Source of the DNA: Botryllus schlosseri
Lineage: Eukaryota
NCBI GenBank assembly: GCA_051294905.1
Contig: CM119372.1
Coordinates: forward strand, 13,394,001 to 13,458,000
DNA length: 64,000 nt
Reading direction: 5' to 3'
Position numbers and translations under genes: made by a program. Positions 27,921-41,367 of this stretch are shown piece by piece; the stretch's first letter is position 1, and each line of letters begins with the position of its first letter. The notes below the pieces were generated by a model, which did not search any database, was not told the origin of the DNA, and worked only from the letters and a program-made list of their open reading frames with translations.

Positions 27921-29633
27921 TACGGTAATGGTCTTGTCGTCACGCATGGCAGAGATTGAGAAATCAACCCACTATTTGAATGGACTGCCATGTGTACTCT
28001 TACGTTGAGTTTCTATTTCATTTTTTTATAGTTTACTCATTTATTGGAGTTGGTAACTTGTAAATAAATGCATAATTATACAATGTACAATTGTACATAC
28101 ACGACAGAACTTTGTTATCTGCTATGAATATCTCATATCAGATCTGTTGTTAATTCGTAGCGATTCATACTATAGCGTTTGCGCTAAAGCATTGAATTCT
28201 ATTCAGGTAGACGTACACTCCGCACAGTTTCAAAATGTGTGGTGCGACCGGAGGTCTTTATCTGAAGGTGCACTTTCTGAATAATCTATGCTGCATCCCT
28301 CTTATACTGACATCGGTCACCATAGATTCTATTTAGATATATCTCGCACTGATAAGTAAATGTATCTGTGTACGCGATGGGCACATTAATTATGCCTGCA
28401 CTTGTCACATCTAACATTGAATGCATGAAGTGCACCTTGAACATCCTATAAGCTGGCAACAGTATACTGGTCGATACGGTAGTAACGGTGGTGTAGTCTT
28501 TGAAAACGGTCAACCTTTTACAGCAACATTTTAAACTCAATGTTTTTGGGCTGACTAGAATTGAGCCATGTATGCACAATTCCCGTGGCACCCAGATTTT
28601 TTCACGTGAGTACAAAAGGTAAGAAATTGGGTAAGGATCATTGCTATTTCGGGTGAGCATTCATCAGTTGCTATGACTAGTCATGTTTTAAAAGGAGTAA
28701 TGTATATAACACAAAAGGCTGCGGGGTAAGGATTGTTGGATGGACACACAGTCTTTATTTACCCAAGGCAATTGCCTTTACGAACGTCATTGGATTCGTG
28801 ATTAGGATTTCAAAGGAATCCTCGTGTTATGGGCAATTGCGCAATCCATGTTTTATCACTAAACTTTGACCTATATTTCATAATATTTTAAAGAATATTT
28901 CTCCCTATACACAGCGGTCATCGTAGCATGATCCTTATAATGTATAATATAGTAAAATTAATATATGATAATAGTATATACATAAAATGCAGTAAAATTC
29001 CAAGTATTCATTTCTCATCGCTATTCAATTTTATACGGTCTGTACAAGTCTAGTCGACTGTTTCCTATAACGAGCCGAAAAAGAAGATGGCGGGCAACCC
29101 TGGTTGTCCGTCAGGTAATGACCTGATTGAGGTCAAGGGATGGTGACATATCTCCAATTTAAGGCACAAACTATCAGTGTCAATCGCATCTCTGGCGACA
29201 TTTCAAATTTCTCGAGACTTGAAATAATGAGATGATGTTACAGGTCTGGTATTTCGTCACATATAGAAGAAACGAGTTCGCCTCTGAAAAGACAAACCAC
29301 CAAAAAGTATTAATTTACGCTTTCAAACATTATTGATTACGTTTGATGCAATGGATGAACTTGACGCTTGTACACTATAGTGACTCTATTTTTGAAACTG
29401 TTTTGGAAAGGCACATGCATAATTATGCTCAACCGAAGTCTTCATCGTTAGTATGCTTAAAAAACCTCAGTCTATTGCGCCGCAATGTCGGGTTAAAACC
29501 TTGCCCTTGAATAATTTCCGGGTCTGGTGGATAAGATGGTGACGTGACTTCAGAATTGTAAATAGGGAGGAATACTAAAAGCCTTTCCAGGCACTTTTGG
29601 GACACTGGTGGGTAAGACTTTATCATACTAGGA

Positions 29634-31113
29634 TAGGGGTGGGCAAACTACTGCCAGCAATACCGATCCGTGCGGCCAACGACCGTCTAAAGAAACTTAT
29701 TAAAAATATTCATAAAATGCGTACTAAAAATCAAATTAATGCAAGGACTTGATTAAACTTTTTCTTAGTATATTTCACCATAATAATTCTAAGGCAGTGG
29801 TTCTCAAACTGGGGCCGTGAAACCATCTGAAGGGGGCGCGAAGCTGAGCTCAACTGAAAATGTTTTTCGCGCCATACGCGATTTACATTCAATTCATAAT
29901 TATTGCTCTGTATTTAGTCTGAATTTCACATTTAAAAATCTCTCATCCAAGTCGTAACCTTCCATGCCATCAAACTATCCGTTAGGTTGGCTAGAATCCT
30001 GGGTGTGTTTCGTGATATGACGACAAGGGGGGGGGGGGGTGCGAAATCTTTCGCTATCATAAGGGGGGTCGTGTCTTGAAAAGTTTGAGAACCCCTATAT
30101 CCTAAGGTAAATCCTTCCTATATTATTAATTTCTGACGCGACAGCTCGATCTCAAGGCCCACGCAGTTTCAAAGGATTCATCTGCTAACTGTGCTGAATT
30201 AAATGTTGATTTCCGCCTTGAAATTATCCTCATGGAGGATCGAATCATCCCTTTTACAATTCAATTTGTGTTATCCTGCAACCGTAATTTGTGAATAGCC
30301 GTGAATGTTTGCTTTTCAACTGCTCTGTAATTTCCCTTTTCTCGCCTTGATATTCTTTCGTATCACTGAAATGCTATTTTTTTAATGTCTATCCAATACG
30401 TACTCCATCATTGACTGATTTTCATTTATTACGCAATTCTTGATCGTGGTGCAAAAGACCAACAGGTGATAAGCGCCAAATCTTTCGTTTTAATAAACAA
30501 CAACAACAACTTGCTAAACATCACAGAAATCCTAAACGAGATTGACATAATTCGGATCACGGGTGTGATTTCTGATTGGTCACTCTAGTTTTAATTATTT
30601 CAGTGATTTGCTTATAAAAACGATTCGCGAGTGTCTTAGGAAGATTCGTTCTCTATATGCGTAGAATCAGGGTATTTATATTTTATCTATGCATAGTAGA
30701 CGCGTGTCTGAAGCTAACGTGGTTATGATGCTGTCCGTATTGTGTGTCCTGGAACGGAACCAAAAGACCAAAAGTGGAATTAGTAAATATATGAACAGAT
30801 CGTTGCTCTCAGATTTAAATTTCAATCCTGGTCTAAGAATAGGGACAACCGACTTTCATCTCTATAGTTTTGACAAATTGGTTATTGGGGTCGACTTGCC
30901 TATGAGATCTCGCCACTGTTTCTAACGCGTGCACGATATCACCAAAGCAATGTTTGGTTTGATTTAAATAAGCATATATATTATCTCCATGTCCTCACTA
31001 TATAATCAAATACCAATATTGCGTTTTGGTTTCTAATCCCAATTTTAGTGCGGCCCGTGAATAGATTAAGATGTTGAATGCGGCCCGCTAGCTCAAAAAT
31101 TTGCCCACCCCTG
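29634..31113. mobile_element. Degenerate hAT (Charlie-like) non-autonomous element with a nested MITE at ~29795-30097
   Basis: Ends TAGGGGTGGGCAAA ... TTTGCCCACCCCTG with GCGGCCC subterminal motifs; flanks TACTAGGA / TACCAGAA (6/8); nested CAGTGGTTCTCAAACT ... AGTTTGAGAACCCCT. Confidence 0.7.
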
Positions 31114-31377
31114 TACCAGAACATAAATTTTGCAGGGAAAGTGAGCCTGTTATTGTGCAATGCGGATTCAGTTTGTCTTAAAATCCGCTTCACAGTTATC
31201 ATCGACAGTCCCATAAAATATAGCCTACTTATCATTGTACGCAAGCAAAACACTGAAGATTGAAATATCACTAATCAAGTTGCCATAAAAAATGCATATG
31301 TCTCTGGTTGTGATTGAGCCGATCCGTGACCTACATTTATTAGGCTATACGTTAAAACTGTCGTATTCGCGCGGACT

Positions 31378-32841
31378 TGGACAACTAGAAAATTTTCAGC
31401 TTTTCCGAAATCGATTGAAATTAGAATTAGAGCTACACAGTCTTTTACAAATTATGTTGAATTAGAATTGGAGCTACACAAATTTTTCCAAATTAGATTA
31501 AAATTATAATTACACATATTTTTCGAAATTAGATTAGAATTAGAATTAGAATTACTGAATTCACAAAAACTTGGAAATTGAATGAGATTGTGAATGGGAA
31601 CTAGATACAGAAAAATACAGTTCATATCAAATCACAGTGCATTACCATATAACCATGAGAATGGTTAACGCCTATACACCAAGCTTGGCTCGTTTTGCAC
31701 TATATCGGGGGTCACCAATCGCGGCTGGCGATCTGATTTGTGATTTTGGAAGAACGCGAAATAAGGCATTTTGAAATGCTAAAATCGAGTTCAGTTTCCA
31801 ATGTATTGTTGTTGTTTCACAATAAGCTATTCGCCCGTGCCCAACAATACTATTCCTCCTTAGCTGAAACGGGTTCGGCGATGGCAACAGCATTCCATCG
31901 ATGGAGAGTCAGCTGATATGAATTAGCATATTGCCTTGACGTGTAATGGACCAGACACTGCCTAGACCGAGACGCTTAGAAAACGGCATAGGGCGTTCCC
32001 ACAAGATCAATCATTAGGATGATCATGATATTTATTGTTGTATTTGTACTACTTAAATAAAATATTACTTCTTTTGTGGTAACCATGACCATCGCCCATG
32101 TTGGTGAGCACGGCGTTGTACTAACATAAGGTTTTAAAACGTGGCTGCTCAGCGGTGTGGCCTATTTGTCCCGATATTGCATTGTTGCGACCCGCGGTCT
32201 CTACGAAATTTTAAAAGTGACCTGCGATTCGTTTTGAGTTGGCGACACCTGAACTAAACAGTTCTCCTGCGTGGCTGAAAATTCTTTCCGGTGGAGCTGA
32301 TGTTGCAGTCATGCCTCCGAGTTCTCGAGCAGCAGCCTTGAGATGAGAAAGCTATCTTCTCATTTCAAGTCACTCAAAACTCCATGCTCTCAATCTCCGC
32401 TTCGAAATATGTTTCCGCTTCATCCTCTATTATGTTATATTTGATTAGATCTGAAGCAATCATCCTCTTATTCATTGGTGTAGTTGAGGGCATGAAAGTG
32501 AACAAGCCTGTGTTACTATCTCTTTTTCTATGCTGCTGTTCTGTTTGTGATCGAAACCAGAATGTTGCTCGCAGACTACAAGCTACTATGCCAGCATGCC
32601 TATTGTTGGTCACACGAGCTACTATGACAGTATACGGTGTAAGTAATGCTATGGCGGTTCGGCACTGGATTTCCTGCGCGAGAGGGAATTCTTGTTGACT
32701 CGCTGCAAAATGCCTAGGACAAAAAGGACAAAGCCTAAGAACATTTCACAAATTAAATTTGAATTAGAATTATAGCATAGAAACATTACAGGTATTTCGT
32801 TGTAATTAAGTGAAATTATATTAGAATTACCTAGTTGTCCA
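31378..32841. mobile_element. Degenerate TIR element with AATTAG-type subterminal repeats
   Basis: Inverted TGGACAACTAG / CTAGTTGTCCA; (AATTAG)n-like runs near both ends; no clear TSD. Confidence 0.5.
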
Positions 32842-33216
32842 CAGACAGAAAATCACTTCATTGCAATGTAGTTGAGGCGAGTAACGTTACACACGAATAT
32901 AAAAGCATGGTGGTTTAACCCATGATCGCTGCATTAAACTTTTTTCTCGCTTGTCACATAACCGTCAAAATATCTGTTGGAGAAAATTTTCGAGGCTGAT
33001 TTTAAAGGGTTCTAGGACGACGAGCAGAATAAAATTTATATTTTCGCAATCAACACCGCGTTAGCTTTCGATTGATACCCATTTTATCAAATTTCGCGCT
33101 CGGAAAGCCGGTCAGAAATTACCGTCAAATTGCCTTTATCCAAATGGAAAGTGTGACGTATACCAATTTCACTGAGCCGTGGGATTTGCTTGTTTCCACG
33201 CCATACGACACTATGA

Positions 33217-33736
33217 TAGGCTTACCATATTTTGGAAATCAAAAAAGAGGACACTTTTTCAGAAATTTGCAAGTTGCAGAACCGGAGTGAAATTCTCAAA
33301 ATTCGGTTAATTTCTCCCCACTTTGTGATATCGGTTGACTGAAAAAAAAAAAAAAAAAAAAAAAGGTCATCTTCTCCGCTCAGAACTCAAAATAACGTAC
33401 CGCATCGCCAAGTGGATGACTAAAAAAAAAAAAAAAAAAAAGGTCATCTTTTCCGCTCAGATCTCAAAATAACGTTTTTTACTCCGCATCGCCAAGTGGA
33501 TGACTAAAAAAAAAAAAAAAAAAAAAAAAGGTCATCTTTTCGCTCAGAGCTAAAATCACCGTTTTTCACCCGTCGGAGCTTCACGTCTGTGCTAATATGT
33601 GGCATATCACTCGCAATTTGCTCTAAATCTGCTCTAAATCCTTAAAAAGAGGACAAAAGGGCGTCATCCGAGGACACTTTCAAAATAGTCAAAAAAGAGG
33701 ACAAATCCTCTTAAAAGAGGACGTATGGTAAGCCTA
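33217..33736. mobile_element. hAT-type MITE (520 bp) with three internal poly-A-loop hairpin units
   Basis: 13-bp perfect TIR TAGGCTTACCATA / TATGGTAAGCCTA; perfect TSD CACTATGA (33209-33216, 33737-33744); internal (GA)TGACT-(A)n-GGTCATC units. Confidence 0.93.
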
Positions 33737-34727
33737 CACTATGATGAAACCGTATAATTCACTGTTATAGAAGCATCACCACTAGATGGCGATGACCATT
33801 CTATTTTATGGATTCTGGCAGGGATGGCACCCATACACTCTTCCACATTAGCACCACCATAGTGATTAGTTGTCAGTTGTCAGTATAGAGCGATTTTTTT
33901 GATCTGTCAAAAAAAGTCAAAATTTTGACAAAATTGTAGCGTTACGTCAAAAAATTGTCAAAATGTTGTTTGCAAAGTCAAAAATCTGCATTTCGTTAGA
34001 ATCGCAGATGTTTGCACTGTCGGTAAACTTATCATTTGACAATTTACAGCTTGTAGCCTACTTTAGGCCTACCGTTGTAGACAGCCAATTGTCTGCTCAT
34101 TGTGAATGATAAACGGTCAAATGAGAAAAATAGGTTGACATGATGTTATCCTGGTGTCCTATATGGTGTGAACTGTGAACACAAGCCAATCTCACGGCTC
34201 AGTGAAATTGGTTTACGTCACATTTTCCATTTGGCTAAAGACAATTTGACGGTAATTTTTGACCGGCTTGCCGAGCGCGAAATTTGATAAAAAGAGGTAT
34301 CAATCGAAAGGTACCGCGGTTCTGATTACGAAAAGATAAATGTTATTCTGCTCGTGGTCCTAGAACCCCCCCAAATCAGCCTCGAATGTTGCATTGTATC
34401 GGAGTTTGGTATTGTGACGTAACCATGCCGTCTGAACAGCTCAGGAGCAACTACACACGAGAGTGAGAGTGTGAAGGATCAATCGGTTGTGCAACAATGG
34501 CCAATACGCTTGCAGTTTGCGCTGCTGAGATTTGCTTGTGTCCACACCATATAAAACACTATATGGTGTTATGCTCAATGTTCCGCAATATCCTAACACT
34601 AACTAAAGCAAGACTGCGTGAGCAATGGTTCTTAATTCTTATATCAAGAAGCGTATCATGAAAGACAACATTGACAGAATGAAGCGACATGATGTGTCAC
34701 CAGCAGTGTATGCACAACTTCAGTGTT

Positions 34728-36909
34728 CAACTACCTGCACTTCAGCAAAGTAATGTAGTGTACGAATATAAGTGCCACTGTGATTGTGGCTACGTGGGAA
34801 GAACGTCAAAGCGTTTGCAGGAACGCATAAACCAGCATGTCCTCAGATTTATCATAACACGTGCATCAGGCTCGGTGAAAAGCTCACACTTATCCGCTTA
34901 AGCTTGATGCTGACCGATCAAAGGCTATATAATTCTGCCATCGGCAAACATGTGTTAGATCAGTGCTCTTCAACCGGGGTTGTCGTACACCCTAGGGTGT
35001 ACCAGAATTTTCAAAGGGTGTACCACTCGGATGGGGTGTACCAGATCCGCATCATGATGAACCGATGATACGATGACTATAGCTATCACAAAAGTACGCC
35101 AGTTTATGCTTCAAAGCAGAATGACTGGATGTGTAATATCGTACAATGTGATGTCATAAGCAAATGTTTCTAGTTATTCAACCTTTGGTAATGGACTTAT
35201 GACTTCCTTTTCGAGTAGAGCAGGGAGGAGTTAGCATGTGTTCAGCTTGCGATATCTGTCTGATGATTCTCGAGGAAACCACCGCTAAATCACGGACATT
35301 TTGAATTTGTGCTTCCTGCGGCCAGCTTATGAATAGTGCAGAATACATAGCCTACTTACGCAGCCACGGGGTCGAGTTTGCGAACCACTGCGTTAGATGG
35401 TGGTCCAGTAACCTCGAGCCCTTATTCGTATTATCATTTACTATACGTTGCAGCCTTGCTCAAATGTCCAGCCTTATTTCGGCTACGTCAGGGGTGCTCA
35501 ACCTGCGGACGTACGGCCTCATTCAGCCGCATAACCATAATTTTGCGATCTTTTACTTCTACACATATTTAAATTAGCGTGTGTTGGCGGCCGTCATTAT
35601 GTAACCAATTGTTGCTGGTGCTAGTCTCGGCTCTGCCATGTTTCTATGTGTCGGAGGTTTATCTAGGCTCCTCGTCGCCGACCCCCTGTTAACGTGGCGT
35701 CTTGAAAAGCCCAGAAGAAGAGTTAACCGAGCTTCAAAGTCAGCAGCAAAGTCCTGAAAGTGCACGCACGTTAGCGAGAGAGAATGGAGAATGGGAGTGC
35801 GCGTGCAAGCAAAAGTCGTCCTCATTACCCAAAGCTAAACTTTAGGAAATGCACTGTCGTGGCGCACAAATTCTAAACAGGCGATTATCACCACTGTCAT
35901 TGATGTGTAATAAAATATTATTAATAACAATACAAACAATCCTGGTGGGAGGCCAAGAAATAACAACATGCAACTGAGTGATTAATAGGAACCGCAAGAT
36001 GCATCATCATTAATATTGTACCCAATATTTTCGAAAACACCCTCCATCAGGTCTACGGGTTAATCTGATCACGTGAGCTGAGAATTTATAAATTTTTGAC
36101 AATAATATGTGAAACTACCAACATTTTCGATGAAATCCATTCAAGAGGCAAAATTTTCGCGCTCTGCGCGACTACACACATAATCCTAGTGTATTTTCTT
36201 GACATTTATACTCGCGATTTTGGTACATAAATTATATATTGTAAGCCTGCTGGGATGTTTTGCTTCTACAATAAGAAAATTTGCGCATTGCATATCTCAA
36301 GAAATAAGTGAAGGCACAGAACACCACAAGGGCTCTCCGTGGTGTTAAGTTCCCAGTATCAAATTTCATATGAGCATTTGTCGTCCATGCGCCATGGCGA
36401 ATCCCCGTTGGAATCCGGACGTATTGTATATGTAATCAAAATGCGGCTTTCGGCGTTATCGGTGTATTATACGGTCAGGGGTGTACGAGTTACTAGAAAA
36501 TGTTGAAAGGGTGTACCACGACGAAAAAGGTTGAAGAGCACTGTGTTAGATAATACGATTTGTGCGAATAATTATCGTTACGACAGATTTCGCGTCGTTG
36601 GGAGGGGCCGTTCATACTTCCATTTGTGTGCCTTAGAGTCAACTTTTATCAAAATACACCAACCCAAACTATGTCAACAAAAGGAGTTCGTATACCACCT
36701 AAAAATAGTACATTGAACGCTCTCTCATTCGAAATTTCATGCTGGTGACGTCATATTTTGTGATACTATTGTTAATATACAATGTTCTCTACTAGTAGTT
36801 GCTGACGATTAACCCTAACGAGTGTCAGCCGTGAATATTCGGGTTTATTTCAATATGAATATACTATTCAATTGTATATTGAAGTTCTGTACCTCCACGA
36901 AGCTCTTCA
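34728..36909 (+). mobile_element. 5'-truncated Penelope-like retroelement (GIY-YIG region + 3' tail), interrupted by a hAT MITE
   Basis: Fragments LPALQQSNVVYEYKCHCDCGYVGRTSKRLQERINQH and CANNYRYDRFRVVGRGRSYFHLCALESTFIKIHQPKLC closely match the ORF at 63133-63624; 12-bp TSD AACTTCAGTGTT (34716-34727, 36910-36921); has an internal stop. Confidence 0.88.
34961..36543. mobile_element. hAT-type non-autonomous element (1583 bp) inserted in the Penelope copy
   Basis: 15-bp perfect TIR CAGTGCTCTTCAACC / GGTTGAAGAGCACTG; perfect TSD TGTTAGAT (34953-34960, 36544-36551). Confidence 0.93.
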
Positions 36910-36962
36910 AACTTCAGTGTTGCCAACCAACAACTGCTGCTGTTGAACGTTCTTTCTCCATT

Positions 36963-37240
36963 GTTTGTTTGTTTGAGGTATTCGTGGTGTTTGTCGACTA
37001 TACTGTGGTCATTTACAGCAGGCCAATTTCTTAATTTTTATTCCGTAACTGCCGACTTGTAGCACGGCCCACTTATAGGCTTTTATAAGACACCGTTGAC
37101 ATTGATGATATGGCGAGGAGGAGCCTAGATGAACCTCCAATACTTAGGTAGGAATTCTGGAGTCGACCTCGGTCGGACTCAAACCCACAGCCCATTGGTG
37201 TTGTAGCTGTGGATTATACCGCTACGCTATCTCGCCACTG
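36963..37240 (-). mobile_element. tRNA-derived SINE
   Basis: On the minus strand: A-box-like TAGCGTAGCGG, B-box-like GGTTTGAGTCC and an (AAAC)n tail; 11-bp TSD CTTTCTCCATT (36952-36962, 37241-37251); a related segment lies in opposite orientation at ~35645-35680. Confidence 0.8.
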
Positions 37241-37320
37241 CTTTCTCCATTCTTGGCAAGCTACTTGGTAAGGACAGACATTTTCTACCCGATAATGTAT
37301 GAATGCATCTTTTGTTGTAA

Positions 37321-38410
37321 CAGGGCTGTGCAGTCGGAATCCGAGTTTGGCTAATTTTTCGCTAATGGAGTCGGTGTCTCAAATTTTTTAGCACAAATTG
37401 GAGGCGGAGTCGTGAAAACTATAGTGGCTGGAGTCAGAATCGTGGAAAAAATACTGACTGCAGTCGGTATGGTAACCCTATAGTAACGATATTGATAAAA
37501 TTGGACATTATTTGCAAATTGCAATCCAGTTGCATAGAGGAAGAAAATCGCTATACGCATATTCGCGATGTAGTCAAAAATTGATACAATTTAGGGTATT
37601 ATACCATGATACTGTGACAGAGTTAATACATCGTCTGGTTTTTGTAAATTATAAAATTGATGTAAATATAACCAAACGCTGCTTCGCACTTGCCAAAATT
37701 TAAAAAGATATATTTGTAGTGTAGCTCAGCTTCTTGGGTCGAACAAATGATTAAGAAGGATTGCAAGTCCTAGTCCTTGAATAGGGGCCTATACTTGACT
37801 AAGTGCAGGTGGACTAGACCTAGACATGCTATTTGACTACTTCCTAAATTTCGTTTCTGACCAATGTTTATCAGTAGTAGAGTGTGTGTGCTTGTAATCA
37901 GTATAGTGTGTAATGGGAAAATTAGTAGGTTACATCTCTGTATTATGTTGCTGGCGCACACACAAGAGCTACACTTCGATTGTTTTATCTATGTTTTAAT
38001 TACACAGGATCGGAAATATGTCATGTTTGAATTGATTCATACATATTAGGGTATGTTATAAAAAATTATAAAATATGAAAAAAGGAAGGATATTTAGAAA
38101 TACATTCTTCCATGTTAATAGCATAGTGAGTCGAGCTGCGCCACAATAAAACAATTTTGCATGTCATCGTTAATCATATGTTTGCATATGTTTAATGCTT
38201 ATATGATAGTCATTTAACCGTCACTGTGGCATATAATTTTCGAAGTAAATTGGTAATACTGTAGGAGTCAGAGTAGGAGTCGGCACGTTTAAAAACTCAG
38301 GAGTCGGTAAAATGAAAATGTGTGGAGTCGAAGTTGGAGTAGAATGAAAATGTCTGGAGTCAGAGTCGAAGTTGGAGTCGGTGGTACAATTTAACTACTC
38401 CACACCCCTG
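37321..38410. mobile_element. Degenerate hAT-like MITE with GGAGTC subterminal repeats
   Basis: Ends CAGGGCTGTGCAGT ... ACTCCACACCCCTG; GGAGTC runs near both ends; host element sequence resumes after it; TSD degenerate. Confidence 0.65.
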
Positions 38411-39548
38411 TGTGCTACAACAAATTTCAATTATTTCTAATATAATGAGTTAAGTATAACCACTGGAAGTCTTCATACCTCCAGATTTCGTTAAATTAAA
38501 GTTTTTCCATGTAAAAATCTGTCAATTCTTCAGTCCAAAAGTTTTTTCATGCCAAACTACTTGGTAGTGACAGACAATTCCAACCAGAAATGAAGATAAG
38601 AGGTACAATTCCAACAATATGTTCGAAAACACCTAATTTAAGTATATGAGGGCAGGATTTTGTCAAAATTAAGTTTTTTAAGTCAAAAATTGTAAAAATT
38701 TTGATTTTGTAGGTAAAACAAATCGCCCTACTGATCAAAGAATATCATTGACAAGACCACGACTACATCGCCCTGCAGCATTTTTGCAGTCGGTGGCCGT
38801 TATCATCAGAATAACCATTCTGTTTAGCCGATACAGCCCAACTGCCGAACCAACCGCGATGTTCTTAGGTCACATCAATCGATATCTAGTGCAAATCGAC
38901 CGAAGGTTCATACATACGAGTGGCGCAGTGTGTAAATCGCATGTGCTGGGCTCCTCATCGCTGATCCCCTCTGTATACTAACAGTATCTTGAAAAGCCCA
39001 GAAACACAGTAAGTCACGCTGCAAAATGTCGGCATCCGAGGCTTGAAGTTGAATGCATGGGAGAGTGAAATGAAGAGTGAAGAGTGAAGAGTGAAATGAA
39101 AATGAACGATTACGAAGCAATTGAAAAGCGACGCAAAAGTACGAGGATACTGAAAAAGAGACAATGACATTGAACTGTACAATATCCATGTCGTGGTACG
39201 CAAGGCCTAAAAAAGGCTATCAGCGCCACTGAAATGTGTTGAATTAATAATAATAATAATAATGCTACATGTTTTTTCAAAAGTATTTGCACAATTATTA
39301 CATATGCTGGCATTTGTTTAAACATTGTGCAACTTTAAAACATGTTTTAAACAAACTGTTTTAAAGGCCCTGCTAAATGTAATCATACTGACACCAATAT
39401 ACTCGCGATTGAATTTTGCACAATAATGGTTGAGTGGTGTTGCACATACAGGAAGAACTAGGGCAAGGGTTCCGAACTTGGGTTCCATTGGCCCCTTGGG
39501 GGTCCGTGAATTAGTTTGTAGGGATTTAATAATTTATTTATATTAATT

Positions 39549-40686
39549 TAGGGTTGCCATACGTCCGGAATTTCCCGGACATGTCCGGAATTTCACTGTT
39601 AAAGCTGCGTCCGTGAGGAATTTCTAAAATATGCCAAAATGTCCGGAATTTTGAAGTAAGCTCATAATTTTTCCCTAAATCAACATGAACAATATTATTA
39701 TGGGGCAGATATATGCTACACGAAATTTTTCTTCGCGCTGCGCGCGATTTAGTATCCGATATATTGGTTTTAATATGGAGACTAGCACCCTCGCAAAAAT
39801 TGCGGACAAAAATGAATAAAAATGACATTCATTTACAGAAATAAGTCTAATTGCAATCGCAGCAATTACAATATATCGGTATATTTGTAGAGTCGGTTTA
39901 CGCCGTTTGGATGCTTTATACAAATATATAGTGGTTCTAAACGTGGGGGTAGTTTCCGTTAATTCTGGGGTTCGCGAAGATGTTGAACGTAATCAGCTTC
40001 CAAAATAGGCCGTGCGTAAGTCTTGAAAATGTGCCGACCTTTAATTAGTAATCAGCTTAATAAATTTTGAGCTGGGCCACGGAACATTTTCAAATTGGAA
40101 ATGGAGTCGCGACCATAAAAGGTTGGAAACCACCGGATGCGTGGTGTTTATATAGCTCAGTGGTGCAGTGCGCACCGGCATTAGGCTGATAAATAATATT
40201 ATCGGTGTGGCATGAACATGGCGTACAATTACGCTCCTTTCGATTTTGAGGCATCATCCTCCACAAGCTATACTGCTAACACTGATCATGTGGGCGGAGA
40301 GGGGATCAAATGATATACGGTAATGTATGGTAGAACCAATATTATTGGCATAATTCATTAAAATCATTTAACCACGAGATGCATATGGAAACCGGATGCA
40401 TATAGTAAGCCCACAGAAGTTGCATCGATTTCCCTGCGATGGGCCCAAGACCAGTGTTTATTTGGGCGGGAGGGGGCTGAAAAATGTGGCTTCGGCCCTG
40501 GTTACAACTTACAACACACAATCATATATTCCTGAACCGGATCGTGGCTGCCTCCTCTAGTCGATAGACAAAGCTTTGCAGGTGTGACGTGAAATTGATC
40601 GACAATGTGCGCATGCTTCATTTTGAAATCCGTTAGTGGGCGCTAAAAGTGTCCGGAATTTGGTTGACAGAAATATGGTAACCCTA
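39549..40686. mobile_element. hAT-type non-autonomous element (1138 bp) with a nested short MITE at ~39929-40135
   Basis: TIR TAGGGTTGCCATA / TATGGTAACCCTA (1 mismatch); perfect TSD TATTAATT (39541-39548, 40687-40694); TCCGGA subterminal motifs. Confidence 0.9.
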
Positions 40687-40857
40687 TATTAATTGTTATT
40701 AATTTATTTGTTTCAAATACAACTATATAAAACTAGATTTTCATCTATATATAAGATGTGCCCTTGTAATTGCGGTGTTCCGTTACTTACCGAGCTTACC
40801 GCAGGTCGCAAGCGAAACTGATGACCTTTTTCATAGACACCACTCGCCAGGTAGCTT

Positions 40858-41367
40858 CAGGGTTGTAACCAAATCACAAGGTTCCGAGTCACAAGTCAAA
40901 TTCACTTTTATAGTTTTGACTCGAGTCAAGTCGAGTCATTTTCAATTCACCACCGCGTCAAGTCCGAGTCCAAGTCACGGAGTAGAGTGTCGAGTCCGAG
41001 TCCAAGTCATTGTGTTGACTTTTCAGTTCCAAGTTAGTGTCATGCGCAACCCACTTTTTACAACTCTGCTCGGTGATCTCGAATGCTTCGCATTCTTAAC
41101 AAACTTTTTCTCACTTTTAACAGTTTCTGAGAACATTTTCAAGTAACAGTACCGATAGCCGAAGTAATAATACTGTGATACTATTCTTCGAAATTACAAT
41201 GAAATGCCTGTCTTAGTAGACCCAGTCTCGAGTCATACGCAATGACTCGAGTACAAGTCGAGTCAATACGCAAATCGACTCGAGTCGAGTCATCTATCAT
41301 TTTTAAGAAAATGACTCGAGCCAAGTCGAGTCACCAAAAAATCGCGACTCGAGTCATTATAACCCTG
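40858..41367. mobile_element. hAT-type MITE (510 bp) with GACTCGAGTC palindromic repeats
   Basis: TIR CAGGGTTGTAA / TTATAACCCTG (1 mismatch); perfect TSD GGTAGCTT (40850-40857, 41368-41375). Confidence 0.9.

Larger units (their letters stand above)
33886..38730 (+). mobile_element. Non-autonomous hAT-derived element carrying a transposase C-terminal remnant; host of several nested insertions
   Basis: Ends TAGAGCGATTTTTTT ... AATCGCCCTA, same family as 53333-55683. Removing the inserts restores ...SPAVYAQLQCCQPTTAAVERSFSILGKLLGKDRHFLP, which has the hAT dimerisation-region ERSFS motif. TSD not recognisable. Confidence 0.75.

Noticed and set aside
37160..37240. tRNA gene on the minus strand
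   Set aside because: A/B boxes are present, but it continues into a body and (AAAC)n tail bounded by a TSD, so it is a SINE head
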